64,000 nucleotides of DNA, taken from positions 161,386,001 to 161,450,000 of the forward strand of contig OX597817.1 in assembly GCA_951406725.2 (NCBI GenBank), read 5' to 3'. Shown piece after piece: positions 24,417-37,251 of the stretch (its first letter is position 1; each line of letters starts with the position of its first letter). This stretch comes from Octopus vulgaris (Eukaryota). The notes under the pieces were generated by a model. That model had not been told where the DNA came from. It ran no database searches and saw only the letters and a list, made by a program, of their open reading frames with translations. Made by a program: the position numbers and the translations under genes.

Positions 24417-24475
24417 ATTCCAGATCCCAGATTTCTGGCTTTGCATTTAGAAATGCTTTGCCTCATCAGTGGAAT
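24417..24475 (-). ncRNA. Type I hammerhead ribozyme motif (copy 1)
   Basis: Minus strand reads AUUCCA-CUGAUGA-GGC aaa GCAUU ucua AAUGC aaa GCC-a-GAAA-UCUGGGA-UC^UGGAAU. It has a 6-bp helix I, the CUGAUGA/GAAA core and an AUC cleavage triplet, with one extra A before GAAA. Confidence 0.75.
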
Positions 24476-24911
24476 ATACGCAGAAAGTAACATAAATGCA
24501 CATATATATACATACAACATACAAATACTTACATATACGAATGTATACATATATATATATATGCATGTATGCAACACGACCAGTTTAAATTGCCCGCTTC
24601 ATAACTCCATTGTGTGATATGGTTTAAACCTCACCACAGTAAATACAGTGATGAAATAAATTTAAATTTATATGAATAAGGATAAGATCGCAAATTTAAA
24701 TTAAATAATGATCTTATCAAGTGACCAGCATGGAAATAGAGACCTTCAAAGGTAATAATTATTATTAAAATTATAATTTAGGGTATCTACGAGATACCGC
24801 CATGCTGAAAATAGCAGCCAGGATCTGACTCTAAAACCACATTAAATGCTCATACAGCACAAAGAGAGAAGACAAAAAGACAAAATAAAACTAGTAAAAA
24901 ATTACTGGATA

Positions 24912-24970
24912 ATTCCAGATCCTGGATTTCTGACTTTGCATTTAGAAATGCTTTGCCTCATCAGTGGAAT
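24912..24970 (-). ncRNA. Type I hammerhead ribozyme motif (copy 2)
   Basis: Minus strand reads AUUCCA-CUGAUGA-GGC aaa GCAUU ucua AAUGC aaa GUC-a-GAAA-UCCAGGA-UC^UGGAAU. Helix III is near-palindromic (AUCC-A-GGAU). Confidence 0.75.
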
Positions 24971-25085
24971 ACACGCAGAAAGTAACATAAATGCACATAT
25001 ATATATATACAACATACGAATACTTACATATACAAATGTATACATACATATATATATACACGTAGGCAACACGACCAATTTAAAT

Positions 25086-25116
<31 letters not shown>

Positions 25117-27501
25117 TTTGACTACATCAATGCAGCACATTCTGTGTAACACTAAGTTCAAGATGTATCAATAATATCAGTCGGCACCAATTTAAAATCA
25201 AGCATAAATATAGATCTGTATTGTTTGAAAATCTGCATACATTTGCATGTATGACTTGTTTAAGGTCTTAATGTTCTGTGTAAGCATGTAGCTATTTAAT
25301 TGTTGATTCCATCCTGACACCCCTGAACATTTACCTTGCCCTCACCCACCCCGAAAATACACTGCAGGTGCATTGCTTATAAGCTGCAGATATATTTAAC
25401 TGATTTTTCAGGCCCACAATGTTTTATAAGGTTTATTGGTGCAGTGCAATGTGCAAGTGTCAATTATGTATGTGCAATCTTTGCAGGTGTTACCAATGCT
25501 GTGCTGCATACAGGTATATATATATATATATACACACAGATATATATATATATATATACACACATGCATCAGACGTTAAACGTTGATGATGATGATATAT
25601 ATACCTACAGACATACACATGTGTGTGTGTCTGTATATACACACACACACACACACATATATATATGTATATAGACACACACATTATATATATATATATA
25701 TGTGTGTATATACACATACACATGTATATATGCACATACACACAAAGAAATATATATATACATTATATATATATATCAAGAGACCAAAGTGTTCATACGC
25801 TGCTATATGTTTTATATATATATATGTATATACACGCACGCATGTATATATGCACATACATACATATATATATCATCATATATATCATCAAATTCGCCAT
25901 TGTCTGCTATAAATGTGTATCTATGTAACTTTACAAGTACATAGCTTAGTATTTTTGTTTTACAGGAACACAAAGTTTCACATTTGTATTTATGCAATTC
26001 TAATATGTACACCACATACGTTACTGTAGATTTCAGGTGCATTCTTGTAGTTATTGTAGTCCTCGTGCATTACTAAATGTCATTAGAAATGATTTTCTGC
26101 AAATATTCACACATTCTGTGTTATTTCTTTGTGCATCATCACATTATTTACAGGTGCATTTCTGCATTATTTACCTGGACAATATGACTAATGTAATAAT
26201 GCAGTTTTAGTAGTGAGCACAGAATTTTTTAGAAATTTTCTTTATTTTTTTTCATTTTTGTATATATATATTTTTATTTATCATTATCATTATTAAAAAT
26301 TTTTTTTTTTTGGTTTTTCTAAGTAATCCTTATTTTTCAGTTTTTCTTTTTCTGTTTCTCTTCCCCATCACCACCCCACCCCTCTCCCATTCCTCTCTTG
26401 CTGCTTCTTTATAAGTGATATAGAAACCCTGTTAAATGCAGAGACTGTTATTTCGAGAAAGTGAAAGTAAATGCAGAGAGGTGAAGCTGCAAATACACAG
26501 GGAATGGGAGGGGGAGGAGAATATAAATAGAAAAGAGGAAGGCAGTTGACAGAGAGGGCAGGAAGAGGCAAGTTAACAAAGAGAGTGGCAAGAGGCAGGC
26601 ACACAGAGAGGACAGGAAGCACATATCATGGTATTGTGGAATGTTATTACAGAATAGGATCCTCCCACCAGGGCCTTTATGCAAAGTTGGACCTTTCATA
26701 AGCTCATTTTGTCCCTGGTGCTAGGATGACATTAGGATATTGAACCTTTCAGATGAGGGGGAAAAGTATTGAGATGCCTTCTGTACTCAAGAAAACCTGT
26801 ACTCCATAACAGAAGTGTTAAGGCTACTTCCCCTGGTAAAGAGGACTGGCCTATAAGAGTCTTGTGCCAGTACCACATAAAAAACACTTGTACTGGAGCC
26901 ATGTAAAAGTGCTATACAATACTACATAAAAAAACCCAACTTTGGTTGGCATTAGGAAGGGCATCCAGCCTTAGAGATCAAGCCAAATCAGACTGGAACC
27001 TGGTGTAGCTCTCCAGCTTGCCAGGTTTGGTCAAACTGTCCAACCCATGCCAGCATGGACAATGGATGTTAAATGATGATGATGATGCACTACTGGAATT
27101 GGGATGCATCTAGTATGCTCCTGTGTCTTTTATGCCAGCAAATATTGTACATTTTCTTTTATTGTTTAGTATTTAAATCAGCCAAACCTGACTCAAATAT
27201 TTTACCTGTTTTTTGTTAGAACTGGTTAGGTTTAGCCTCTCACACCTGCCCTACATTATCATTCTAAAAATAAGCAATCACATCATTGAAATTGTGGAAC
27301 TAAAGAGATAAAGCATGATTAATTCAAAATAATGTGACTAAATAAGCATTATATTTGACAGAGTAACCTCTATGCCAAAGGGTTAATATATAACTGGTAT
27401 TACTAAATCAACCAGTCATATCTATCCAATAGAAACAGACTCACCTAGCTTCCATAGCAAAATTCAGGGACAAACTAGATTGCTACACCTGTATACATTT
27501 C

Positions 27502-27728
27502 TTTACTACCCGCAAGGGGCTAAACACAGAGGGGACAAACAAGGACAGACAAAGGGATTAAGTCGATTACATCGACCCCAGTGCGTTAATGGTACATAAT
27601 TTATCAATCCCGGAAGGATGAAAGGCAAAGTCGACTTCGGCGGAATTTGAACTCAGAACGTAACGGCAGATGAAATACAGCTACGCATTTTGCCTGGTGT
27701 GCTAACGTTTCTGCCAGCTCGCCACCTT
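27502..27728 (-). mobile_element. SINE family B
   Basis: Reverse complement of the 8088 copy. Confidence 0.8.
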
Positions 27729-28159
27729 AAGATTGTTACATCTGTATAGAGATCAGGGAGATGATGCTGATGTACTGAATGACATGCACATTCTCTATGA
27801 ATTGAAGTTTACCTGTTATTTAGCTATATAGTGATTCCACTGTAACTGAGACAGGTCACTTAGCACAGGTGTGTTACCTTTTACTTGTCTTAGTCATTGG
27901 ACTGCTGCCATGCTGGGGCATTGCCTTGAAGAGGTTTTATGCAAACAAACTGACCCCTATTGTCAATCAGTGGAGTGAACACACACACTCACATATATAT
28001 ATGCAATAAACTTTCTCATTATTTCTATCTACCAAATTCACTCACAAAGTGTAAACAGACAACATTTGCCCAAGTACCACACAGTGGGATTGAACCTAAA
28101 ACCATGTGGTTACAACGCTAACTTTTTAACCACATAGCCATGCCTGCACCTGTAAATGT

Positions 28160-28505
28160 CAGATAACCAGATGTTATAAACATGTTACTTAAACCATGTT
28201 ACAGACATGCCTCTTAATTCCTGCATTACAAACTCCATTACCTAACTCAACACACATGTTACTGACATGTTTCATGTTTTAGAGACATGTCACTCAAATC
28301 CTGTGTGACAGAGCATGTCATTCAACCTCTCTGTTACAGGCACGTCACTAAAACTCTTATGTTACAAACCAGTCTCTTAACTGCTGTCGTAATAAAGACC
28401 TGCCACTTGACTCTTGTGTTACAGATGTGCCACACAACTTATGTATATCACATGCCTCATATGGGTTACAGATATGTTACTCAAATGCTGCGTTACAAAT
28501 GAGTT
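28160..28505. repeat. Degenerate ~27-bp minisatellite (TGTTACAGACATGTCACT)
   Basis: Recurrent TGTTACA(G/A)A(C/T)ATG units. Confidence 0.55.
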
Positions 28506-29699
28506 ACTCATCAATGAATATCTTAAAATACTCATCACAACTTCAGGTCTTACTTGCTTCATATACCTCTTCTTTCACTCACTTCTTTTACCATCCCTTT
28601 CTCCCTCTCTCTCTCCCTCCCTCTTTCTCTCTCTCCTATCTCTCCCTCCCTCCCTCCCTCTCACTCTCTTATCCACTACAAGCTCTTTTCTCATATCTTT
28701 TATCATATCCTCTCAAAAACCACCTTATCATTTCAAATATTTTTCTTCTCTTTCTTTGCGTGCTTCATCATGCATGAGTACACACGATCCTATAACATTT
28801 GAATGTTACCTGGACAAATTCCTCCTAGAAATAGCAGATAAACCACCAAAACCTGTATACATCTTGGCAAACACCTCCTTATTTGAGTGGGCAGTGATGT
28901 CCTAACACCTGCCTTAAAAGACTGTTCCGGGTGGTGCTATTAAGTTAAACGTATTCCATGAGGAAATATTATTTTGTTTGGGACCAAATGAGGGTTAGCA
29001 ACGGGAAGGGCATCCAGGTGTAGAAAATCTGTTTCAACAAATTGCATCTGATCCATGTAAACATAGAAAAGTGGATGCTAAAATGGTGATGATGATATAT
29101 ATATATGTGTGTGTGTGTGTGTGTAGATAGATAGATAGATAGATAGATATGTTTCTTTATTAGCCACACAGGGCTGAACACATATGGGACAAATTACAAA
29201 GAGCTTTTTTTGGCGGGGAGAAAAAAAAAAGTGGGGTAGGTTTTCGATCGAAAGGGATCGTAAAAAAGAAAGAAAAAATTTTAAAAATAAAAAAGATAGA
29301 TAGATCTTTTATTTCTCTCATTATACTGTGGCCATGCTGGGGCACTGTCTTGAAGGGTTTTAATTAGACAAATCAACCCCAGTACTTACTTTTTAGGTCT
29401 GGTACTGATTCCATCAGTTTCTATGCCAAACTGCTAAGTTACAGGGATATAAAAAAAAACCCAATGCTGGTTGTCAAGCAATGGTGAGGGAAAAACACAA
29501 AGACACACATACACACAAACGGTTCCACACAGTTTGTGTCCACCAAATTTGCTCACAAAGCATTGGTTGGTCCAGGCTATAGTAGAGGACACTCACCCAA
29601 GGTGCCACTCAATGGGGCTGGACTTGAAACCATTTGGTTGCAAAGCAAGCTTCTTAACCACACAGCTATGCTTGTATACACATACACACTATAATATTT

Positions 29700-30058
29700 A
29701 TCAGTGTTTCAGTCATTTGACTGTGGCCATGCTAGAGCACTGCCTTTAGTCAAGCAAATCGACCCCAGGACTTATTCTTTGGAAGCCTAGTACTTATTCT
29801 ATCGTTCTCTTTTGCCGAACCGCTAAGTTACGGGGATGTAAACACACCAGCATCGGTTGTCAAGCGATGTTGGAGAGACAAACACAGACACACAAACACA
29901 CACATATATACATATATCTGACGGGCTTCTTTCAGTCTCCGTCTACCAAATCCACTCACAAGGCTTTGGTCGACCCGAGGCTATAGTAAAAGACACTTGT
30001 CCAAGTGGGACTGAACCATGTGGTTCATAAGCAAGCTACTTACCACACAGCCACTCCT
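29700..30058 (-). mobile_element. tRNA-derived SINE, family C (older copy immediately upstream at ~29320-29670)
   Basis: Near-identical to 10510-10878. Confidence 0.85.
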
Positions 30059-31029
30059 ATGCCTAACATGAAAAAAAAAATACACAGAGAACTCAGTAGT
30101 GTTGTAGAATAGACAGTGTTTATTACACAATATAATGTCAACTCTTCATCTATTATTGCATAGGTTTCAGCTGTATGGATAATTCAAATGGTCTGTTTTG
30201 TATATGTAACCAATTTTTAAAAAAGGAACATACATGTAAGTGCTTATATATTAGTGTATACATTTAAGTAATAGAATTACTCCAGACCACTCACTAGTTA
30301 CCAGACAAAACTACCTATATTAGCAGTGATCTGTCAATGAAAAGGCACCAAAGACAAAATTGTTAATGACATTTCAATATGTTGTTTATTCGTAAAAGTT
30401 TAGGTTGTTTACAACTTGGAATTTAATGAATTAAGCTCAGTCAGCTCAGTTACTAACAAAAACAAGTTTCGTCACTTACTGCCATCATCGATCCCTGATA
30501 AAATCCTGTTTTGGTGTTTACAATTATTTTACACCTGAACACGGGTAGTACTCTGTACAGCTTGGTAAAGTGAAAATAATACATATTTAAAGTTGTGTCT
30601 TCACGGATTGCTTTTCTGCATCTCACATTGCAACTGCCATCAAGTAATAAAATTGCCTGATGATTGCAGCAGTGCAAAATTAAGGTATATATGCAAATAT
30701 TCAGGTGAATCTGTGTGTATGTGTGTGTGTGTGTGTTTCCCCATGTATTTTTCTCTTCCCTTTCTTTCATTATACAATCTTTCTTTTCTCTTCCTCCTCC
30801 TCCTCTTTTTATTTCATTGTTCCTTCTCTGTCCCTACCCGTCTCCCTTTCTTTCTCCCTCCCTCCTTCACTCTCCATCTCCCCCCTCCCTCCCTGCCTTA
30901 TCCCTTTTTCTCTCTCTCTCTCTCTCTCTCTCGCTTCCCTCTATCTATCTCCTCAATTTGCTCTCTCAAAGCAAGTTTCTTTGTATTGACATGTTGTTTA
31001 TTTTGCCTCATCAGCATTATTTGCATCAG

Positions 31030-31323
31030 GTTTGAATCACTATAGCATCAGTGGAGCGGCACCTTCACAGACCAACGGAACCTTGCTGCACACCACTTCC
31101 TACAACTATAATCACAGCGGTGCAGGCGGACCAAGTCTGCCTCCACTGCCGCCCAAAAAGAAGCCACCAGCCCCTGTTCCACCGCCAACATCTGGCCATA
31201 CAAGGAACTGGTCCGAGCCCAATGCCTCTTTCTTGGGTCACTATCGTACGCCTTCAGACCCGCCACCTCCACGGTTCAAACCACCCAGTCCTGAGAATCG
31301 CAATACCATGCATGTTCCTGTAG
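31030..31323 (+). CDS. ASAP1: ASAP-type Arf-GAP coding exon (proline-rich region), phase 1 to 1
   Basis: Acceptor catcag|GT after a very long pyrimidine tract and donor TAG|gtaagg; 294 nt. Translates LNHYSISG...PSLPPLPPKKKPPAPVPPPTSGHTRNWSEP...GHYRTPSDPPPPRFKPPSPENRNTMHVPV; the HxRTxSDPP motif is ASAP-like (ORF 31032..31376). Confidence 0.9.
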
Positions 31324-31713
31324 GTAAGGATTGCAGTCCGTCTAGACAACCATTGCTCTGGCTACCTGCATTTTGATTTTGTGAAGTTTTTTTTTGTTTG
31401 TGTTGATTGTTATTTTTTTTTTTATTTTTATTTAAAAACATTCTTCCTTCTTTCCTGTGTTTTTTTTCTCCTTCCTCTTCATCTCTTCTTGCTCATGTTC
31501 TTCTTCAACATCTCTTCCTCGTCGTCGTCATCATTCTCTTGTTCACATTCCGTCACTCTATACCAAGACTGGCTTTACATTTGCTGCATCGTTAGTAATG
31601 TGTGCCTTATTCATAGAAAAACCCTAGCCCCAGTAACCATCTGACTACATCCAGCACTCTTGCAGAATATATGAATATATATAATTATACGTATATGTGT
31701 GTATGTATGTATG

Positions 31714-31751
<38 letters not shown>

Positions 31752-32609
31752 CGCCTGTATAAATGTGTGTGTGTGTAGGTACCATTTTTTAGATAGTTAT
31801 ATATCAAGAGTGTCAAACATTAACTAAATGATGACGCAATACATTTTAAGTGGATTTTCAAATTTAGGAAAGAGTTGACAGTGACTTCAAAGTCAATGTC
31901 AATCTTTTCCTTGTAAGAGAGAGAGAGAGAGAGAGAGAGATGATCTCCAACAAGATCTAAAGAGCATGTGTGTATGTGTATATGTACAGATGTGTATCTA
32001 TATATATCTATATATTTATATTTATATATCAAATATATATATATATATATAGATATAGATATAGATAGATAGACAGATAGATAGATAGATGAATGTATGG
32101 TTCCTGTTTATTATGAACATATTATTACTTCTTCTGTTTCCTCTACAATTACTGGTACATCAACTTCTATCTTGAAATACTCTCTCTTCAGTTTTATACA
32201 GCATGAATTCAAATAATTTCTCTTTATTTTATATCAACAACGCTATCATTAATAAAGCTACTACTAAAATCATTTTGTTTGTTTCACTTGGTGGGTTATT
32301 GTTACTACGACTACTACTACTTCTACTTCTGTATTGCTTTGATTTATCATGTTTATAGCAAATAGGATTACATTGTATAAGAAAGGTCCTGAACATAGGT
32401 AATATAGCTGTAACACTATATTTCAGAACTGAACCCCAGGATAGTATATCTAACAGTAACATACCATTGAGCTACTCTATAGGGGTGGTTCTCAGCCCCT
32501 TTTTACCTAAGGATCCCCTTTTGATTTCTGTTTCAATCAGATTGATCTTCATAGCTATTTGATGTTTTAATACATTCTATTATTCAGATATGAAGGAGAA
32601 GCAGCCTGA

Positions 32610-32949
32610 AGGATATAAACAATATCAAACACACTTATGTAAGTTATGTGTTTTGCCATTTCATGGGCAGGCTGCAATTTATAGGCATAAAAGAATATAT
32701 TCTCATCAATTTGCCTGATGTTAAAACATCTGGAAGCCATAGAAAAGCACAAGAATGACAAAATAATAATGTCTGCTGCTCATGTAACGAGACCTGATGC
32801 AAGTTATTTCACTTGTCTATGACTTCTAAGTGTTTTAACACCAGGTGAATTGATGAGAATATATTCTCTTACGCCTATAAATCGCAGCCTGCCCACAAAC
32901 TGGCAAAATGCATATCTTGCGTATGCATGTTCGGTATTGTTTATATCCT
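32610..32949. mobile_element. Degenerate foldback MITE (~137-bp arms, ~64-nt spacer) nested in a hAT-like MITE beginning at ~32482
   Basis: 32610-32747 is the reverse complement of 32812-32949 with many transitions; the flanks resemble the reverse complement of the hAT end at 49790-49939. Confidence 0.7.
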
Positions 32950-34117
32950 ATTATATTTAGATAATTAAATATCATTAGGAATTATATTTTGAAAATTGTT
33001 AAATAATTTACATCGCACAAGCACGGATGCTTTTCTACTTGTAACCAGCACGGATGCTTTTCCGCACGGCACCAACATAAAAAAGCCAAGTGCTAGAAGT
33101 TATTTCATTTTTGATCTCAAGTTTCAGGCCCGGTTTATATATGCTAGGCATGTAATTTTGTAGTCAAGGTTAATAATGCAAGAAACTAGTCCCACATACC
33201 ACAGTTCAACACTAAATGACTACCTTCATTGTATCTTGGCTACTGTAAGTTAACACCTGTGATTAACTGGACTGATACCACTCAGTATTAGGTAACATGT
33301 GATTTAAATAACTTCATGTCTTTATTTAGCTGTAGCCACAATACACTAAGCAGCAACTGTTCTAATTTATTTTTAGGGAGGGGACGCTGTGGTTGTGAGG
33401 TTTCACTGCTAGACTATTGATTACATTCATCAAGTATTCTAACTTTATTATAGTCACACTTCACCTGGCCCTTTGCAGCACTTTGAAAATCCCTCCCTGC
33501 TTCCTTTCATCGACTACATCAGACTCAACAATCAGAGAGATCCTGCAATGGTCACGATTGTTTTTTTCACATCGTTTTTGTCAGGCCTCTAGTCAAAATA
33601 CGTGGCTTCATTTACCTCAATATTACTGATAAATCATCCTCTTTACAGTCAATGGATATGTGGTTAGCACCAGGAAGTACATTCAGTTATGAAAATTGTT
33701 CAATCATTGTATAAATCACATTCACTTTCTACTTAAAACTAATACATTACAATGCACCTGAGCACGGCATACAACAGGCTTATTTTTATCATACTACAAT
33801 CATCATCTTCAATGGTTTATAATATAGGTATCTTCTAAAATATGGTTTCATTTTAAAGAAGTTATGATGGTAGTCTTGAATATTTTCTCAAAAACCCCCA
33901 ACCAAATTATTTTCCTTGGGTAACCTCATAAGCTGTATAAATATCTGCAGTATTTGTAGCTTGTCTTTCAGTATTTTTAATCATTTTCCTTTGTCAAAAT
34001 TATATTTGTTGTCAACCCTTTGATAATATACAGTTTCTCCTTGTCAAAGCTTTAGTTTCGTAAGCTTCTTTGAATATGCATTCCCATGGAGTTTTAATGA
34101 AATCCTGCTCAATCCTC

Positions 34118-34421
34118 TGTAGCGTGTAGCCATTTTCAAATGGTAGCGCCAATTTGTGGTAGCTGGCAATATGACATAATGTTGTATTGCCAAAGAAATA
34201 TGATTGTTGTTTTCCCATTGGTTGATATAACTACTCAACTTGACTTTAAAGAATCGAAATCACATAAAAATATTCTTTAACTAATTTTCAGAATTCCTAT
34301 ATGAGCAGTTATTTCAACCAATGGGAAAACGACAATCATATTTCTTCGGCAATACGACATTATGTCATATTGCCAGCTACCACAAATTGGCGCTACTATT
34401 TGAAAATGGCTACTTGCTACA
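34118..34421. mobile_element. Foldback MITE with 120-bp TIRs, TGT...ACA ends and 4-bp TSD (Ginger-like)
   Basis: 34118-34237 against 34302-34421 shows 8 mismatches by hand alignment; the flanks read CCTC|TGTAG ... CTACA|CCTC. Confidence 0.75.
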
Positions 34422-35889
34422 CCTCACTGTGCTGATTAAATTTTTGCTGGTGATGTAATGTGGTAATATACGCAAATCGGTTCTTGAAGCTTCTTTTTAT
34501 TATTTATAAAATAAAATGTGTAGTCTGTCATATGAAATATGGAGAATTTCAGAAAGTTCCCCACTATCAAAGATAAGTTGACTCAGTTCCCATGATTTAT
34601 GTGCACATGCATAAAAACCAAGAGAATACTTGGTTCCTATGCAGTGAGGATTAATCAAAGATGTTTTCCAGTGAGTTAAACTCTCTTTCTGTCATAGACT
34701 GTATTTGTCTTCAGAATTGGTTAAGCAATTTCTCTCTCACTAAATGTTCTTCACTGTTTATGTAAGTTTTTGGTATCAAATTCTTTAATAGAGATAGAGT
34801 GTGTGGGTTATTCTTTCTCCATTCTCACCACCACTAACAACATCACCACCAATAATCAGGTGAAGGGAAATTATTTAAGTTGTCAGTTCACCTTTTCGCT
34901 TTTGGTGTTAAAATTTGTACTTTCTTTTCATTTTTGTCTGCCCTTTCTCTTGTAGTTGGCATTTTACTCTCTTACACCTGATCATAGTTCAATTGTTGAA
35001 CATCAGTTCTTGGTGGCCTATAGTATTGATTACAATAAGTCTTTGTATCAAATCACATCCTTTGATCACTGTATCAACAGCAAGGAAAGAACTTGAGCAT
35101 TTTTCTTACCATTAACTATTGTCTTCAAAGAGTTACAAACAGATTCTGTGTAACTCTTGGTAATTATGTAGTACAAGACTATACAGCAACTTTTGTATTC
35201 ACAGAAACAATATTGTAACTCTTCTGTTCCAGGAAGTATAAAACAGATTGTAATTCTGGTAGGTCGTGTAATGTGAAACTCTTGTGTACCTGGAGGTACA
35301 TATTCTGTTTTAACCTCTTTTGTACCTAGAGATAGAGACAAAACTAATTGAATAGAAAAACCTTGTTCTATGTTTACTTTGTATTTAAATTTCTGCCTTG
35401 ATATTTTTTCCACTATTTAATTTTACTTGTGACTTGCTCTATTGCCTGTTATATTGCCTGCATGTTGCTTGCAATATTGCCTGTATGTTTCCCATATCTT
35501 TCTTTCTTGTTGCTTGCAATATTGCATGTACATGACTTATATCTTTCTCATGTATTACTTGTTATATATTGCCTGTTTTTATGAAGAAATTTGCTAATGA
35601 AGGTTTCACATTATGAACTTTGCTCTTAAAATATTCACCTAAATCTCACCAATCTTATAATCAGAATATTCTTTCTCCATTCCAATTACAGTTAATACAA
35701 CATTCTTTAATATATATCTTTGAAGGTTTTTGTATATTTTGAAAAATATATCTTTTTTGTTGTTTCACATTCCTTTTTATTCCATGCCAGCATGGATGAG
35801 TTAGAGAGCTTCTGCAAATTTGGAAATTCGCATGTTACTTAAATTAGTTGATTTCACTGATTGATACTCTTCTCTTTCTTTCGCCCTTT

Positions 35890-36160
35890 TCAAGCCTAGC
35901 CAGGCTCATGGGCCTGGTTTCCTGGTTTCTGTGGCGTATGAGTCTCCCCAGCTGGATGGGATGCCAGTCCATCGCTGCGTTACTCAAGAAACAGGAAGAG
36001 AGAGTGAGAGAAAGTTGTGGCGAAAGAGTACAACTGGAGCCTTGTGAAGCTTTTAGGTGTTTTCAATCAAAAAACACACACAACGCCCAGTCTGGGAATC
36101 GAAACCATGATCCTCCGACTGCGAGTCCACTGCTCTAACCACTAGGCCATTGCGCCTCCA
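35890..36160 (-). mobile_element. tRNA-derived SINE, family A variant
   Basis: Minus-strand head GGAGGCGCAATGGCCTAGTGG; flanking duplication ACTGATTGA(T/C)AC. Confidence 0.75.
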
Positions 36161-36495
36161 CAACTGATTGACACATTTTCTATAAATCACTGAATTGTGA
36201 AGTCAGAATTGAGCTTATGTTATCAGACATTTAATGAAAGCAGGAGTAGAGAGTGAATACCAGACATTTCAGTCTTAGAGGAGTAAGTTAGTATAATGTG
36301 TTAAGTGCTGGAATGAGGATGGTGATATGTATTCCTTAATCTCGATCAATCATGACTTATTAACAACCTGGTAGCTAGGTATGTTGAAGGTATTAAGACT
36401 AAATTTCCAGATTTCAATATCTTGGATGAGCCTAAAAGTGTGAAAGAGTTGCAATTTGGTACTGAAAAGCCACTACTACTTATACTGGTAGCTAT

Positions 36496-37251
36496 ATAAG
36501 TACATTTATTAAAGCAGACTAGCCTTCACTTGTTTTGTCAGAAAAAAGTTACAACATTAGCTGAAATATATCAGATAAAACATAATCCAAGGCAACAAGT
36601 GGTGGTCTGCTTTGACAAGGCCTGCATTTGATTAAGTAGCAGAAAATATATAGTGAAATTGTCATTGTGTGATGTTTTGCAAATAACTTGCACATGCAAG
36701 TGCTACTAGTGAAAACCTCCGCATACCGGAAGCCAGCAAGTGTATGGGGTCATCAGGAGAGAATGCACGCCGTTTCAGGGTCTACCTCTCGATGGCATCA
36801 ATGCGCACCAGTCCCCCTCACTGATATGAGGCCCCACTTGCTAGATCAACTGGTTATCAAGTAAAGCTCAATATTCTTCTAGCCATCACTCATCGTCTTT
36901 TTTTAACCAAATCCAGTGGCTAGCCTTTTCCACTGTAGTTTGATTAAGTATTGGAAAATGTATAGTGAAATTGTCATTGTGTGTGGAGTATCAAACATTT
37001 TGGACAGACTTTCTTAAGAGTAAAAATGACAGGAGTTAAATAAAAGAAAGATAACAGAGCTTTACATCTGTACTATCTAGTATTTAAGCACTTGATTCTC
37101 AGTTTGGCTTTCATAGGTAAAGGTATTTCTGCTCTGCACAATCTGCACAAAAGCCAAACTGCATCTGGTACTCTTGCTGGCCCCTGCTGGGGCATCTTTT
37201 CATTTCTGACAAAATAAGTAAAGGCTGGTCTGCTTTAATTAATGTACTTAT
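36496..37251. repeat. 49-bp inverted repeats enclosing a 45-bp direct repeat pair
   Basis: 36496-36544 pairs with 37203-37251; the direct repeat TTTGATTAAGTA..AAAAT.TATAGTGAAATTGTCATTGTGTG occurs at ~36627 and ~36939. Confidence 0.75.

Larger units (their letters stand above)
24268..25086 (-). mobile_element. Non-coding retrozyme/Penelope-like element: two 324-bp direct repeats (24268-24591, 24763-25086) around a 171-bp spacer
   Basis: Direct repeats with an exact 495-nt offset at start, ribozyme and end. Each carries a hammerhead motif. Embedded between (CA)n and (TA)n; no credible ORF. Confidence 0.7.
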
